Shown: positions 10,563 to 20,495, counted from the stretch's first letter. The stretch is 64,000 bases of DNA from Bacteroidales bacterium (GCA_016938235.1 JAFGVA010000121.1:2198-66197); one strand, 5' to 3'. Numbers and translations are program-made. The notes: generated from the letters alone by a model not told the origin.

Positions 10563-10586
10563 AAAAAAAGGGGCTCGCTGGCCCCT
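10563..10586 (-). terminator. Intrinsic terminator after korB
   Basis: Minus strand reads AGGGGC-CAGCGA-GCCCCTTTTTTT. Confidence 0.75.
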
Positions 10587-10589
10587 AAA

Positions 10590-11618
10590 TTATTCTTCAA
10601 CTTTAAAAGTATTTCCGCTTTGAAGCAAATCGTTAACCGATTTTATATTTGTTTTTTCCTTGGCGACCTTTATTTGATCGTATAGCATATCTTCATATAC
10701 ATATGTTTTCCATTTTCTGATAACACCCATTGCCATCGGATAATCAGGCAAGGTCATTCTCGAAAGCATGTAGTGTCTGGTGTCATCGTGGCTATGCGCA
10801 TCATGCACCAAAATATCATCTTCGCGAATACCGTTTTCGCCAATTGTTACCACAACCAGCTTCGAACCGGCCTGAATAATTCCCTTATCTCTTTTTTTAC
10901 CAAAAATCATGGGTTTCCCGTGTTCGAGATAAATCTGGTGTTCTTCACGAACTTCTTTACCGGTAATATCTTCGTGGACTTTGTTATTGAAAATCACACA
11001 ATTCTGATATACCTCTACCAGGGAGGTGCCTTTGTGTTCTGCAGCTTTAGTAAACACTTCGGTCATCATTTTCGGATCGGTATCAACCACCCTTGCAAAG
11101 AATGTTCCCTGAGCGCCCATCGCCAGTTCGCCGGGCAGGAATGGGTTTTCAATTGTACCATCGGGAGATGTCTTTGTAATACTTCCAATCGGAGTAGTTG
11201 GCGAATATTGACCTTTTGTCAGGCCATATATTTTATTATTGAACAGAATGATGTTAACATCGAGGTTTCTTCGCAGAATGTGGATAAAGTGATTGCCGCC
11301 AATGGCCATAGAGTCTCCATCACCTGTTACAATCCAGACACTTAAATCGGGATTTGCAATTTTAATGCCCGAAGCAATAGCCGGAGCTCTGCCATGCAAA
11401 CTATGAAATCCGTAGGTGTTAATATAATAAGGGAATCTTGATGAGCACCCGATACCCGATACAAACACAATATTTTCTTTCTTTACGCCGGCATTTGGCA
11501 ATGCTTTTTTTATTGCAGATAAAACTGCATGACCGCCACAACCGGGGCACCACTTCACAGGATAATCAATATTGAAATCCTGAGGGGTTACTATTGGAGC
11601 TGCTAATTCAAAACTCAT
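10590..11618 (-). CDS. korB: 2-oxoacid:ferredoxin oxidoreductase beta subunit
   Basis: WCPGCG, SGIGCSSR and the TPP motif GDGD...NN.IYGLTKGQ. Confidence 0.95.
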   Translation of the reverse strand: MSFELAAPIVTPQDFNIDYPVKWCPGCGGHAVLSAIKKALPNAGVKKENIVFVSGIGCSSRFPYYINTYGFHSLHGRAPAIASGIKIANPDLSVWIVTGDGDSMAIGGNHFIHILRRNLDVNIILFNNKIYGLTKGQYSPTTPIGSITKTSPDGTIENPFLPGELAMGAQGTFFARVVDTDPKMMTEVFTKAAEHKGTSLVEVYQNCVIFNNKVHEDITGKEVREEHQIYLEHGKPMIFGKKRDKGIIQAGSKLVVVTIGENGIREDDILVHDAHSHDDTRHYMLSRMTLPDYPMAMGVIRKWKTYVYEDMLYDQIKVAKEKTNIKSVNDLLQSGNTFKVEE

Positions 11619-11619
11619 A

Positions 11620-13467
11620 TTAAATATCCTTCAGTAATTCTTTAAATTTATTTTTCAATTCCGAAATAAAGAATGGCAATCCTTGCACCTTATTGTATTG
11701 CAGGTAGTCGAATTGAGGATGTTTAGATCGCAGATAGGATGCAAATTGCCCCAGGTTAAGTTCACAGACTATTAATTTTTTATAGTTATGAAAAACATCT
11801 TTTGTGTTTTTTGGAAGCGGATTAATGTAATTAAACTGGGCAAGGCTTATTGAATATCCTTCCTCCTGAAGTTCTTTAACTGCCATGTATAAAGCACCAT
11901 ATGTGCCTCCCCAGCCAATTACCAGAAGATCACCCGATTTCTGACCAAAAACATCAAGTTTAGGAATAAAGTTAGCTACTCTTTCTACTTTTTCTTCCCT
12001 GTTAAGAATCATAACTTCATGATTAGCAGGGTCATGCGAAACTAATCCTGTAATATCTTCTTTTTCGAGGCCGCCTATTCTGTGCCTTAGCCCTTCTTGT
12101 CCGGGAATAGCCCATTTTCGTGCCAGTTTTTCTGAATCACGCTTGTAAGGCTGATAATCCGGGTCGTTATCTTCTACCATTGGGGGATTTATTTCAGGCA
12201 AAGAATTCACATCAGGGATAGGCCATAATTCAGAGCCATTTGCCAGGTAGCCATCGGTTAATAAAATTACCGGAGTCATATGTTCCAGTGCTATTTTTGC
12301 AGCCTGATATGCAAAATTAAATGAATTGGCCGATGTTGATGCCGCTAAAACAACAACCGGGCATTCGCCATTTCTTCCATAAACAGCCTGAAACAGGTCG
12401 CTTTGTTCTGTTTTTGTAGGCAGGCCTGTTGAAGGACCACCTCTTTGCACATTAACAATTACCAGGGGTAATTCTGTAATTACAGCAAGTCCGATAGCTT
12501 CGCCCTTAAGTGCCAACCCCGGGCCCGATGTTGATGTGGCTGCCAGTCTTCCTGCAAACGCTGCTCCTATAGCAGAGGTAATACCTGCTATTTCATCTTC
12601 TGCCTGGAACGTAATGCAATCAAGATTTTTCATCTTGGTTAATTCCTGTAGTATTTCAGTTGCAGGAGTTATAGGGTAGGAGCCCAGAAAAAGTTTTCTT
12701 CCCGAACGTTCCGAAGCTGCCAGCAATCCCCATGCAGTTGCCTGGTTTCCGTTAATGTTTCTGAAAAGACCTTTACCCTTTGATGCCGGGTGCACCTGAA
12801 ATTTAACAGTCATTGCTTCAACAGTTTCTGCATAATTGAACCCGGCGTGCAATACTGCAATGTTTGGTTTTATCAGATCAGGTTTCTTCTCAAATTTTTT
12901 AGCAATAAAATTTTCGCCAATCTTTAAGTCTCTGTCAAAAAGCCAGTAAAGAATGCCGGCAACAAACTGATTCCTGATTTTATCGGCAGTTTGTTTATCT
13001 ATTCCAAATTCGCTAACTGTTGCACGCGTCAGATTAGAGATAGGGGCTTTAACAACATTAAAACCTTCCAGACTGCCGTCGTGCAGAGGATCTTCTATAT
13101 ATCCTGCTTTTTTGTAATACTTGTTATCAAAGTTGTCGATATCGATTATAATTGTTGCTCCGGGCTTTACCCATTTAAGGTTTGCTTTTAAAGCTGCAGG
13201 ATTCATTGCAACCAGTACGTCTGCCATATCACCCGGGGTAGATACCTCTTTGTGGCCGATATGCACCTGGAATCCCGAAACACCCGCAATAGTTCCTTGC
13301 GGTGCTCTGATTTCAGAAGGATAATCGGGAAAAGTTGACAAATCGTTTCCAACATACGCTGATGTGTCAGAAAACTGGCTGCCTGTTAGTTGCATTCCAT
13401 CGCCAGAATCTCCGGCAAACTTAACAACCACTTCATCCAGTTCAATTATTTGCTTTGTTTTAGCCAT
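11620..13467 (-). CDS. korA: 2-oxoacid:ferredoxin oxidoreductase alpha subunit (gamma-alpha fusion)
   Basis: AGDSGDGMQ, YPITPA, QAEDEIA, TSGPG, QRGGPSTGLPTK. Confidence 0.95.
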   Translation of the reverse strand: MAKTKQIIELDEVVVKFAGDSGDGMQLTGSQFSDTSAYVGNDLSTFPDYPSEIRAPQGTIAGVSGFQVHIGHKEVSTPGDMADVLVAMNPAALKANLKWVKPGATIIIDIDNFDNKYYKKAGYIEDPLHDGSLEGFNVVKAPISNLTRATVSEFGIDKQTADKIRNQFVAGILYWLFDRDLKIGENFIAKKFEKKPDLIKPNIAVLHAGFNYAETVEAMTVKFQVHPASKGKGLFRNINGNQATAWGLLAASERSGRKLFLGSYPITPATEILQELTKMKNLDCITFQAEDEIAGITSAIGAAFAGRLAATSTSGPGLALKGEAIGLAVITELPLVIVNVQRGGPSTGLPTKTEQSDLFQAVYGRNGECPVVVLAASTSANSFNFAYQAAKIALEHMTPVILLTDGYLANGSELWPIPDVNSLPEINPPMVEDNDPDYQPYKRDSEKLARKWAIPGQEGLRHRIGGLEKEDITGLVSHDPANHEVMILNREEKVERVANFIPKLDVFGQKSGDLLVIGWGGTYGALYMAVKELQEEGYSISLAQFNYINPLPKNTKDVFHNYKKLIVCELNLGQFASYLRSKHPQFDYLQYNKVQGLPFFISELKNKFKELLKDI

Positions 13468-13579
13468 TATTTTCTTCGAAATATTTAATAAATATTTTAG
13501 CTACAATAGCGTTAATTGTAACAATTATAGAAATTCTTTTTAGCAAATAAATTATTCTATTCGTTAAAGTTTTCCAAGA

Positions 13580-13625
13580 ATGAGCAAAATCACCTTTTGG
13601 TGTTTAGAATAATGATTTTCATCAG
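13580..13625. promoter_or_regulatory. Pair of ATGA-N5-ATCA palindromic boxes (Crp/Fnr-like) upstream of korA
   Basis: ATGAGCAAAATCAC at 13580-13593 and ATGATTTTCATCAG at 13612-13625, 32 bp apart. The same arrangement occurs upstream of gdhA. Confidence 0.55.
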
Positions 13626-13649
13626 AAAAACAGTAGAATACAAGTATGT

Positions 13650-15743
13650 TTATTTATAATTCATAGTTCCTTCTTTCAGGAAATGAATAAATGCGTCAAC
13701 ATCATTGCTGTAGGTGTAATATCGAGTCGAATTGGTTAAAATGTTCCCATTCGCATCAACAATTACATACATGGGCAAAGCATTGCTGTTATATTTTGAA
13801 ATTTGTAAGTCAAGATTTTTCTTACCCAGGGTTTTCTTTATTCTGCCATCAATTTCCGAATATACCCACTCATTTTCAGGTAGTTTGGTTCTGTCATCTG
13901 TATATAGAGCCAAGAGAACAAAGTCTTCTGAAAGAATTTTCTGCACTTTGTCATCACTCCAGACTTCAGCATACATTTTCTTACAATTTTTGCATGAGTG
14001 ACCTACAAAGTCAACTAAAACCGGCTTATTTATTTTTTTTGCACAGGCCAGAGCTTCATCCCAGTCGAAGTATCCTTTTAAATCATATGGCAGGTGTAAT
14101 TTATCGGCGTATTTCGGAGATTCTTCACACAAGTTGTATTCAGCAGTACCCACATCAAATTCTGATTCAGAATTTCCGGCAGCAGGTTTAAATTCACTTG
14201 TTTCAGTCGGAGGTAAGAAAGGAGTAAATGCCTTTAACGGGCTTCCGAATAATCCGGGAACAAGGTAAACAGCTACTGAAAAAGATGCAATAGCGAGGAA
14301 TAATCTTGGAACACTTAAAAAAGGGATATCGCTATCGTGTGAAAATCTAATTTTGCCCAGAAGATATAAACCAAGTAGTATGAAAGTCACTATATTGAGT
14401 GATAATATCACATCTCTGTTAAAAATAGCCCATTGTGTATTTCCAAGGAATATATAAGAAGCAATAATCATCAGAAATGCAAAAACCACTTTTACTCCAT
14501 TTAGCCAGCCACCTGATTTTGGCATTTTCTTTAACATTCCCGGAAAAATTCCTAATAATACAAAGGGAAATGCAAAAGCAGCAGAGAAACCAATCATTGC
14601 AATAACCGGAGAAATTATTTCACCTGTCATGGCAGCTCCAATGGCCACTCCGGCAATAGGTCCAACACACGAAAATGATACAATTGCTGTAACCAGGGCC
14701 AGGAAGAACGGAGCCAGTAAGCCACCTTTATCGACCTCGCTGTCGAGTTTATTTGAAAGTTTGCTGGGTAGTACCAGCTCGAATACACCAAAGAAAGATA
14801 CCGCAAAAATTACGAGTACTGCAACAATGATAATATTTGCCAGCCAGTGTTTGGTGAGCTCTGTAAGGTCAATCTGGAAAATACCGGCTGCTAAACCAAC
14901 AAGTGCATAGATAAAAACAATTGATAATCCGAAGAAAACAGCCTGAAAAACTCTTTTTGCAGTGGAGTTATCGCGCATAAAAAAAGCAACAGTTAGCGGA
15001 ATTATCGGGAAAACACAGGGTGTAAAAATAGCCAGTAAACCTTTGCTTAAGGCCTCAAAAAAGATTTGCCACAGTGTTTTTTCAGGTTCCTGATTCTGCT
15101 TGACAGGTTCTTCAGCAATAGCAGATTCCTGTGTGCTTTCAACCTCTTTTGTTTGTTCAACAGTATCTTCGGTTATTTCGTCAGAGATAACGGAGGTGTT
15201 GGTTTCGATGGTATTTACTTGTATAACAGGAAGTTCTTTTTTCTTCTCTGGCAGCTTTGATGTTGCTTGAGCTGGTTTAGCATCGGTAGTAAATTCAAAT
15301 TCTATCTCCGAGGGGGGTAAACATCTTGAATCATCACACGACATAAACTCTATGTAACCACTTATGGTTGCTGTTTTATCTTTCAGTATAAGCTTCTGTT
15401 TAAATACAACGGAATTATTATATAATTCCAGTTCCATATTAAAAGTCTCATCGAATTTTATTTCTGGATTTTTTGATGAAACCGGAACTTTAATTTGTTT
15501 AAAAACAGAGCTGTCGGAGTAGTTAAATGATGTTGCAATCGGTCCACCTTCAGGAATATTTAATCCATACAGATGCCAACCTGCATCAATTTTTGCAGAA
15601 AAAATAATTTCATATTCAAAGTCACCAAGCTTTTGAATGGAAGTTTGCCATTTTACCGGATTATCAACATCGGCTTTAACTACAAAACTTACTGATAATA
15701 ATATAATTAACAGAGATATCTGTCTGATTAGTTTTTTCATCAA
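13650..15743 (-). CDS. dsbD: Thiol:disulfide interchange protein, DsbD family
   Basis: N-terminal GWHLY..CDDSRC domain, membrane domain with PCVFP and FSCVGP, C-terminal thioredoxin CKNC. Confidence 0.9.
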   Translation of the reverse strand: MMKKLIRQISLLIILLSVSFVVKADVDNPVKWQTSIQKLGDFEYEIIFSAKIDAGWHLYGLNIPEGGPIATSFNYSDSSVFKQIKVPVSSKNPEIKFDETFNMELELYNNSVVFKQKLILKDKTATISGYIEFMSCDDSRCLPPSEIEFEFTTDAKPAQATSKLPEKKKELPVIQVNTIETNTSVISDEITEDTVEQTKEVESTQESAIAEEPVKQNQEPEKTLWQIFFEALSKGLLAIFTPCVFPIIPLTVAFFMRDNSTAKRVFQAVFFGLSIVFIYALVGLAAGIFQIDLTELTKHWLANIIIVAVLVIFAVSFFGVFELVLPSKLSNKLDSEVDKGGLLAPFFLALVTAIVSFSCVGPIAGVAIGAAMTGEIISPVIAMIGFSAAFAFPFVLLGIFPGMLKKMPKSGGWLNGVKVVFAFLMIIASYIFLGNTQWAIFNRDVILSLNIVTFILLGLYLLGKIRFSHDSDIPFLSVPRLFLAIASFSVAVYLVPGLFGSPLKAFTPFLPPTETSEFKPAAGNSESEFDVGTAEYNLCEESPKYADKLHLPYDLKGYFDWDEALACAKKINKPVLVDFVGHSCKNCKKMYAEVWSDDKVQKILSEDFVLLALYTDDRTKLPENEWVYSEIDGRIKKTLGKKNLDLQISKYNSNALPMYVIVDANGNILTNSTRYYTYSNDVDAFIHFLKEGTMNYK

Positions 15744-15849
15744 TCTAATTTTAATACTAATTTACAAATTTGTATGGTTTTAAACACATGAAAGTATATA
15801 GATGTTTCAATTAGAACAAATAAAAGTTGTTAAATCCTGTTAAGAACAC

Positions 15850-15883
15850 AAAAAAAGCTGTCCTTAAATTAAAAGACAGCTTT
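15850..15883 (-). terminator. Intrinsic terminator after rng
   Basis: AAAGCTGTC / GACAGCTTT stem followed by a T-run on the minus strand. Confidence 0.7.
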
Positions 15884-15914
15884 ATAAATATTTTAAATTA
15901 TTTCAGAGGAATTT

Positions 15915-17477
15915 TTATTTTGTTTCAAAATAAATTTCTTCGCCTGTTTTATCGAAAAAATGAAATTCCAGGAAGTCATATGAACTAATGGCAGTAATAC
16001 CAATATTTACTCCATACTTACGCTTCCATTTTTTTCTAATGTTACTTATTAATCCTTTATTAATATATGCAGCAATAAAAGGATGAACTCTAATGGTTAT
16101 TTTTTTATTACTACCTTGTTCTAATAAGTCAGCGAGATGGCTTTCTATTCGTTCTATAATCAGAACACTTGGAGAAATCTCGCCTGTTCCTTCACAAGTA
16201 GGGCATGTTTCGCGTGTGTTTATATGCATTTCGGGGCGTACGCGCTGCCTTGTAATCTGCATCAAACCAAATCGACTCAGAGGAAGTATTGAGTGCTTTG
16301 TTCTGTCACCTTCCATGGCATCCTTCATACGCTCAAAAACCTTGTTTTTATTATCCAGGTTTTGCATATCAATGAAGTCGATGACAATAATGCCTCCCAT
16401 ATCTCTAAGTCTGAGCTGACGGGCAATTTCATCGCAGGCTGCAAGATTTACCTCTAAGGCTGTTGATTCCTGGTTGTTAACATTTTTTGCGCGATTTCCG
16501 CTGTTAACATCAATAACATGCAAAGCTTCTGTATGCTCTACAATGAGATATGCTCCGCTTTTAAACGAGACTGTTTTACCGAAAGAAGCTTTAATTTGTT
16601 TTAAAACGTCGAACTTTTCAAAAATTGGCGTATTGCCTGTATACAGGTTAACTATTTTTTCTTTTTCAGGAGCAATAGTATTTATATACTCTTTTATCTC
16701 CCGGTGCAAAGACTCATCGTTTATATGAATGTTGTTGAAACTAACACTCAATACATCGCGAAGAATAACGGCAGTACGATTTAGTTCGCTTAAAATAAGA
16801 CGTGGAGGTTTGGCATTTCTAATTTTTTCAAAGGATGCTTCCCATTTACGGGTAAGGTTCCTTAATTCTTCATCGAGTGTACGAACCATTTTGCCTTCGG
16901 CAACTGTACGAACAATAACGCCATAATTGTTAGGCTTTATGCTGTTGATAAGGGTGCGAAGCCTTTTCTTCTCGTCGGTTGATTCTATTTTTTGCGATAC
17001 AGAAACTTTATCACTTAAAGGCATTACTACCAGGTGTCGGCCGGCAATAGCAATTTCGGAGGTAAGGCGTGGACCTTTTGTTGATATTGGTTCCTTTGCA
17101 ATTTGCACTAACACCAATTGTCCGGTAGCCAGCACGTCATTTATTCTGCCGTTTTTGTCGATATCGGGTTCTTTTCTAAGCTTTTGCATCGAGGGTAATT
17201 TTGTTTTTCTCGACACAGCTATATGAAGAAAATTTTGCAAAGTACGAAACTGAGGCCCTAAATCAAGATAATGAAGAAAGGCATCTTTTTCGTAACCTAC
17301 ATCAACAAAGGCCGCATTCAGCCCAGGCATGATTTTTTTGACTTTGCCCAGATAAATATCTCCAACTGAGAACTTGGGATTGCTTTTTTCCTTATTTAGT
17401 TCAACAAGCTTTTTATCTTCGAGGAGAGCAATATCAATCTCATTGGCTTTTACATCAATAACCAGTTCTTTGCTCAC
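15915..17477 (-). CDS. rng: Ribonuclease G/E family
   Basis: S1 domain (GDIYLGKV..AAFVDVG), KEPISTKGPRLT, IDVNSG, RLRDMGGIIVIDFID, CPTC. Confidence 0.95.
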   Translation of the reverse strand: MSKELVIDVKANEIDIALLEDKKLVELNKEKSNPKFSVGDIYLGKVKKIMPGLNAAFVDVGYEKDAFLHYLDLGPQFRTLQNFLHIAVSRKTKLPSMQKLRKEPDIDKNGRINDVLATGQLVLVQIAKEPISTKGPRLTSEIAIAGRHLVVMPLSDKVSVSQKIESTDEKKRLRTLINSIKPNNYGVIVRTVAEGKMVRTLDEELRNLTRKWEASFEKIRNAKPPRLILSELNRTAVILRDVLSVSFNNIHINDESLHREIKEYINTIAPEKEKIVNLYTGNTPIFEKFDVLKQIKASFGKTVSFKSGAYLIVEHTEALHVIDVNSGNRAKNVNNQESTALEVNLAACDEIARQLRLRDMGGIIVIDFIDMQNLDNKNKVFERMKDAMEGDRTKHSILPLSRFGLMQITRQRVRPEMHINTRETCPTCEGTGEISPSVLIIERIESHLADLLEQGSNKKITIRVHPFIAAYINKGLISNIRKKWKRKYGVNIGITAISSYDFLEFHFFDKTGEEIYFETK

Positions 17478-17535
17478 AATTTCAAGAAATTATACGTGTA
17501 ATGATGGTTCTTTTTGGGCTAAATAAGAATAGAAG

Positions 17536-17568
17536 AATAAACCTAAAGTATTGCACTTTAGGTTTATT
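17536..17568 (-). terminator. Perfect 14-bp hairpin between bS22 and rng (terminator, attenuator or stability element)
   Basis: AATAAACCTAAAGT-ATTGC-ACTTTAGGTTTATT. Confidence 0.6.
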
Positions 17569-17596
17569 ATATAAGTAAGAATTTCTTAAAAAAGGA

Positions 17597-17686
17597 TTAC
17601 TTCTTTTTATGTCTGTTTTTTCTCAGACGTTTTTTACGCTTATGCGTAGACATCTTATGTCTTTTTCTTTTTTTACCGCTTGGCAT
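17597..17686 (-). CDS. 30S ribosomal protein bS22 (mS38/COX24-like), 29 aa
   Basis: Manual translation gives MPSGKKRKRHKMSTHKRKKRLRKNRHKKK*, matching the Bacteroidota bS22 pattern MPSGKKRKRHK..THKRKKR. Below the ORF-track length cutoff. Confidence 0.88.
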   Translation of the reverse strand: MPSGKKRKRHKMSTHKRKKRLRKNRHKKK

Positions 17687-17713
17687 AATATGAATATTTT
17701 ATAACTAAAGAAA

Positions 17714-17998
17714 TTATTTAATGTTGTTTTTTACCTTGCTTACAAACGTTTTAGCCGGCTTGAAAGATGGTATACTATGCTCAGGGATAATAATGGTTGT
17801 ATTTTTAGAGATGTTTCTGGCAGTTTTCTGAGCTCTTTTCTTCACAATGAAACTACCAAAGCCTCTTAAGTATACATTTTTTTCTTTGGTAAGAGAATCT
17901 TTTACTACTTCCATAAATGATTCAACAGTTTTCTGTACTGTTATCTTTTCAATACCTGTGTTTTTCGAAATTTCGTTTACAATATCTGCTTTGGTCAT
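17714..17998 (-). CDS. hup: HU/IHF family DNA-binding protein
   Basis: MTKADIV, VYLRGFGSF, ARNISKNT, PSFKPAK. Confidence 0.93.
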   Translation of the reverse strand: MTKADIVNEISKNTGIEKITVQKTVESFMEVVKDSLTKEKNVYLRGFGSFIVKKRAQKTARNISKNTTIIIPEHSIPSFKPAKTFVSKVKNNIK

Positions 17999-18142
17999 TT
18001 TTTAAACGCTTTAATTATCAATTAATTACGTATTTTCAAATTTATGAAGTGCAAATATATAGTATTTCTATCGATTAAAGAAACACTATTTGCGATATTT
18101 TGTTATTTATTTTGAAAATAACTAATTCAACAGCACATACAT

Positions 18143-19189
18143 ATGTTATTTATTCTGTTAAACTGGTATAATAACCATAAAAGGGAATTACCCTGGCGAA
18201 ACACTAAAGATCCTTATAAAATATGGCTTTCTGAGATAATTTTGCAGCAAACGAGGGTAGATCAGGGTCTAGAATATTATAATAGATTTGTTCAAAGGTT
18301 TCCGAGTGTTTCAAGTCTGGCAAGCGCTGAGTTGGAGGAGATTTTTTTACTGTGGCAGGGATTGGGATATTATTCTAGAGCAAGAAATTTGCATGTAGCG
18401 GCAAAACAAATTGTTGTAGATTTTAATGGAGAATTTCCCGGTAATTCTATTCTTCTTAAAAAATTAAAAGGAGTAGGCGATTATACCGCAGCTGCTGTAG
18501 CGTCGTTTGCGTTTGGTGAGGCTATTCCGGTAGTAGATGGAAATGTTTTCAGGGTATTGTCAAGGCTTTATGCCAATGAAACAGCTATAGACACTGCAAA
18601 AGGGAAAATAGTATTTACTGAACTGGCAGATAAGACTCTGAATAAAAAACAACCCGACATTCATAACCAGGCAATGATGGAGCTGGGCGCATTGGTTTGT
18701 TTACCAAAATCACCCAAGTGCCCGATATGTCCTCTTCAGGATATTTGCGAGGCTTGTAAACTTGGCATTCAGGAAAAGCTGCCGGTTAAAAAAGGAAAAG
18801 TTAAGCAGAGAAACAGGTATTTTACATTTTATATAATTAAATACAGGGATCAACTATTAATTGAAAAAAGAACTGGAAATGACATATGGCAAGGACTTTA
18901 TCAGTTTCCAATGATTGAAAGCTCACAACCTTTTTCAGATACCGAAATGATTCAAAAAGCAGAGGATCTTATACATTCTCCCGCAAAAGTTAATAGAAAG
19001 ATTTTGTGTATTTCTGATTCAATAAAGCATGTGTTGTCGCACCAGGTAATTTTTGCAAAGTTTGTTCACCTTGAGTATTTCGAACCATTAAAAACTAGCC
19101 ATAAACAAATCGTGATCGATCAAAAGAACATTATTGACTTTGCTTTTCCAAGACTGATTACCAGGTATTTGGAGAAAAAAATAAACTGA
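18143..19189 (+). CDS. mutY: A/G-specific adenine glycosylase
   Basis: RELPWR, WLSEIILQQT, WQGLGYYSRARNLH, VVDGNV and the 4Fe-4S motif C-x6-C-x2-C-x5-C. Confidence 0.95.
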   Translation: MLFILLNWYNNHKRELPWRNTKDPYKIWLSEIILQQTRVDQGLEYYNRFVQRFPSVSSLASAELEEIFLLWQGLGYYSRARNLHVAAKQIVVDFNGEFPGNSILLKKLKGVGDYTAAAVASFAFGEAIPVVDGNVFRVLSRLYANETAIDTAKGKIVFTELADKTLNKKQPDIHNQAMMELGALVCLPKSPKCPICPLQDICEACKLGIQEKLPVKKGKVKQRNRYFTFYIIKYRDQLLIEKRTGNDIWQGLYQFPMIESSQPFSDTEMIQKAEDLIHSPAKVNRKILCISDSIKHVLSHQVIFAKFVHLEYFEPLKTSHKQIVIDQKNIIDFAFPRLITRYLEKKIN

Positions 19190-19197
19190 AACAGAAA

Positions 19198-19238
19198 ATC
19201 TCCTGTCCTTGATTCGTAATATAAATCAGACAGGAGAT
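19198..19238. terminator. Hairpin between convergent mutY and hydrolase genes
   Basis: ATCTCCTGTC / GACAGGAGAT outer stem with an inner TGATT/AATCA stem. Confidence 0.6.
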
Positions 19239-19262
19239 AAGTTCATTTATAACTTAATTCAG

Positions 19263-20495
19263 TTAATCAATTAGGATTTTATGACTTGTACTGTTATTCT
19301 GACTTTCAATTATCAGAAAATATAAACCTATAGAAAATTCCGAAGTGTTTATGGTTTCCGTTTCCTGTGAAACAGTTTTCTGATAAATAATCTTTCCGTC
19401 TAAAGAAACAAGTTTAAAATTTTCTCCCGGCATTAACCCTGAAAGGTTTAAAACTTCTTTAACCGGGTTTGGATATATCTTACAGGCTTTTTGTTCATTA
19501 TCCCTTACAGAACTTACGTATTTATCAACCTTAACATTTACTACCGTTTGTGCAATGGCTGTTCCATCATTTTCGATAAGTTCCACAACAATTTTTACCG
19601 TTCCATTAGCTTTAACAGGAGGTTCAAGCGAAAGCGTTATTTTTTGTGCATCCTCATCGTATACAACCTGTGGGTTTTCAATTATATATTTTTTACTGCT
19701 GGTGGCCATTACATAAAAATCTCGACCCAAAGCATTGGTAACAGTAATTTCTACTTCTTCTGTTTCATTACTTATCATTTCAATATCTTCAACATCACCA
19801 AGACTAACTGTGCTGGTATCATTCAGGTAATACATACTTTTTATCATGGTTTCATCAAAATCACTAAAATTAAGTGTATGGCCAACATCCGGAACCAGGA
19901 TAAAGTTTACATTGGCACCCTTCGATTTCAGGCTATCGAAAGTATTTGTTACAATACTTAACTTTTCGTCATTTGTGCCAATCGATATTACCGTAGGCAT
20001 ATCAGAACTAAAGTTGTAGATATCCGGATTGGCCGAATTCATCCATGGAGCCCACGGGAATATGCCTTTGAACGGATAGGCATTCTTTAACCCGCTTCTA
20101 AGGGCATATTCTGCATTGCAAGACATTCCATTCAGAAAAACCATAGTTGTATCAATATTGTATATCGACCTGGCAGTATCGACAAGTACATGATAAACTA
20201 ACGAATCGGCTGTTGGAACCTGTTCGCCAAAGAAACCGGGACAGGCAATAATCACATTTAAACTATCAGTTAATGGGTCTAAAGCATTTCTGTATTCCTC
20301 GGCATTTCCTCCGCAATAATGCAGACCTATTATTAAAGAGTAAGACTTTTCCGGTGAATAATCATCGGGAATACTAAAAAGTAATGAATGGCTTGTTCCG
20401 TTTAATACCATGGTAGTATCGACATGGTTTGAACTAAAAGCTGTCGAACTGCAAAATAATGCAATTGAAATAATAATGAATCTGTGTTTCAACAT
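19263..20495 (-). CDS. Secreted alpha/beta-hydrolase (esterase-like) with type-A T9SS CTD
   Basis: Signal peptide from the ATG at 20495 (MLKHRFIII); LIIGLH; nucleophile elbow GMSCNA; GTND; VGH; C-terminal IYPNPVK..GLYFL..KILI. Confidence 0.75.
   Translation of the reverse strand: MLKHRFIIISIALFCSSTAFSSNHVDTTMVLNGTSHSLLFSIPDDYSPEKSYSLIIGLHYCGGNAEEYRNALDPLTDSLNVIIACPGFFGEQVPTADSLVYHVLVDTARSIYNIDTTMVFLNGMSCNAEYALRSGLKNAYPFKGIFPWAPWMNSANPDIYNFSSDMPTVISIGTNDEKLSIVTNTFDSLKSKGANVNFILVPDVGHTLNFSDFDETMIKSMYYLNDTSTVSLGDVEDIEMISNETEEVEITVTNALGRDFYVMATSSKKYIIENPQVVYDEDAQKITLSLEPPVKANGTVKIVVELIENDGTAIAQTVVNVKVDKYVSSVRDNEQKACKIYPNPVKEVLNLSGLMPGENFKLVSLDGKIIYQKTVSQETETINTSEFSIGLYFLIIESQNNSTSHKILID

Noticed and set aside
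8923-17226. Numerous antisense or alternate-frame ORFs of 60-190 aa (e.g. 10773-11345, 13691-14191)
   Set aside because: All lie within well-supported genes and lack motifs; shadow ORFs. The same applies to similar ORFs elsewhere in the window.
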